DNA of 63,487 nucleotides, filler included, from Reclinomonas americana ATCC 50394 (Eukaryota), in the NCBI GenBank assembly GCA_048213135.1. It is 11 parts of 11 records of this genome, joined end to end, with 100 filler letters (N's around TTAATTAATTAA, not from the genome) between each part and the next. Parts side by side here need not be neighbours in the genome. Positions count along the whole stretch, not along the records: positions 60,932 to 63,487 come from AFZH01017163.1; 10 more parts are not named here. One strand, given 5' to 3'. The position numbers and the translations under genes were made by a program. This document shows, one piece after another, positions 62,730 to 63,487 of this stretch (its first letter is position 1; every line of letters starts with the position of its first letter). The notes beneath the pieces are model-generated. The model worked only from the letters and a program-made list of their open reading frames with translations, made no database searches and was not told the DNA's origin.

Positions 62730-63277
62730 CCGTAGTTTGAAGTACCATATTACATGACGCCATGTCGTTTACTCTGCTGGGTTTGCAACCACCCCGTCCA
62801 CCACGGCGTCTTTGTGCATGCACCGCGCTGCAGGAGTCAAATCTGATATTGCAATTGTCCAGTGGCGTGAACAGAGAAAGAAGAACCGTAGATCTACTTA
62901 TATAGATCCCTGCAGCGACGAGGAACACCTTTGTCAGCACGAGACAGCCCGTGGCCAGCTTGCAGTTCTATTTTTACCTTTGCTTCGATATGTCTCAATT
63001 GCAAAGCGCACATCCGGCCTGTGCCTTTGCCGGCCTGCTGTACCGGGCCGTCGATGTCGTCCCTCGTGATTCTCACGACGACCGTTGCGGAAACAGAGCG
63101 AGAAAAAATAGAACCTTCGAGCGGGCCCAAGTGGTCGATTGTCCCGCCCCGCCGCGAGCATCCGGACCGCGGATTGCGCTTTCACTCACAATTGCGGCTG
63201 TTTTACACGCACGCACCACTTCACACCAAAAGCTCGGGGTTTTCCTTTAACCACACACTCAGTGTTTGCTAATCGAC

Positions 63278-63487
63278 ATGGCGGAGGCGAAGGTCGTCAT
63301 TTTGGGCTCCGGTGGTGGTGAGTGTTTGTGTTTGAGAAAAGTATGGGGTTTTCCCGCATCACTCTCTTGTGACTGAAAAACGTGCGTGTGCAGTGGGCAA
63401 GTCTGCTCTGTGCATCCAGTTCACTCAGGGCAAGTACATTGAGAAGGTGTGTGCGTGTGGCGTGGGCGTGCGTGGGGTTGGGTTTTG
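63278..63487 (+). CDS. Ras/Rap-family small GTPase, first two exons (truncated by window end)
   Basis: MAEAKVVILGSGG|VGKSALCIQFTQGKYIEK after removing intron 63318-63393; P-loop GSGGVGKS. Confidence 0.88.

Overview
Draft genomic scaffold of an intron-rich, GC-rich, flagellated unicellular eukaryote (protist). It has short spliceosomal introns, many CA/GA microsatellites, and ten artificial 100-nt gap linkers (N44-TTAATTAATTAA-N44). Because genes are split, the ORF track is misleading, so I rebuilt gene models by hand from motifs and splice sites. Recognisable genes: ACSF3-like acyl-CoA synthetase, proteasome assembly chaperone PSMG1/PAC1, small HSP, spatacsin (SPG11), outer-arm dynein heavy chain, hemC, a divergent protein kinase, a non-TALE homeobox gene, an eIF4A-family helicase, a possible Rmp1/NEPRO, copper nitrite reductase nirK, an SCYL1-like C-terminus, an RNF141-like RING protein and the start of a Ras/Rap GTPase. 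The most striking item is a multi-intron gene (~35.7-41.8 kb) built like a membrane-anchored phage tail fibre: disordered N-terminus, one TM helix, a long beta-rich repeat shaft and a C-terminal peptidase-S74 self-cleaving chaperone domain. Also notable are a recurrent shifted-register 5' splice site (GTTGCGT) plus GC-AG introns, a spliced eukaryotic nirK whose 3' end is duplicated around an orphan ORF, and a higher-order repeat array inside an eIF4A intron. Family assignments come from motif recognition, not database searches.
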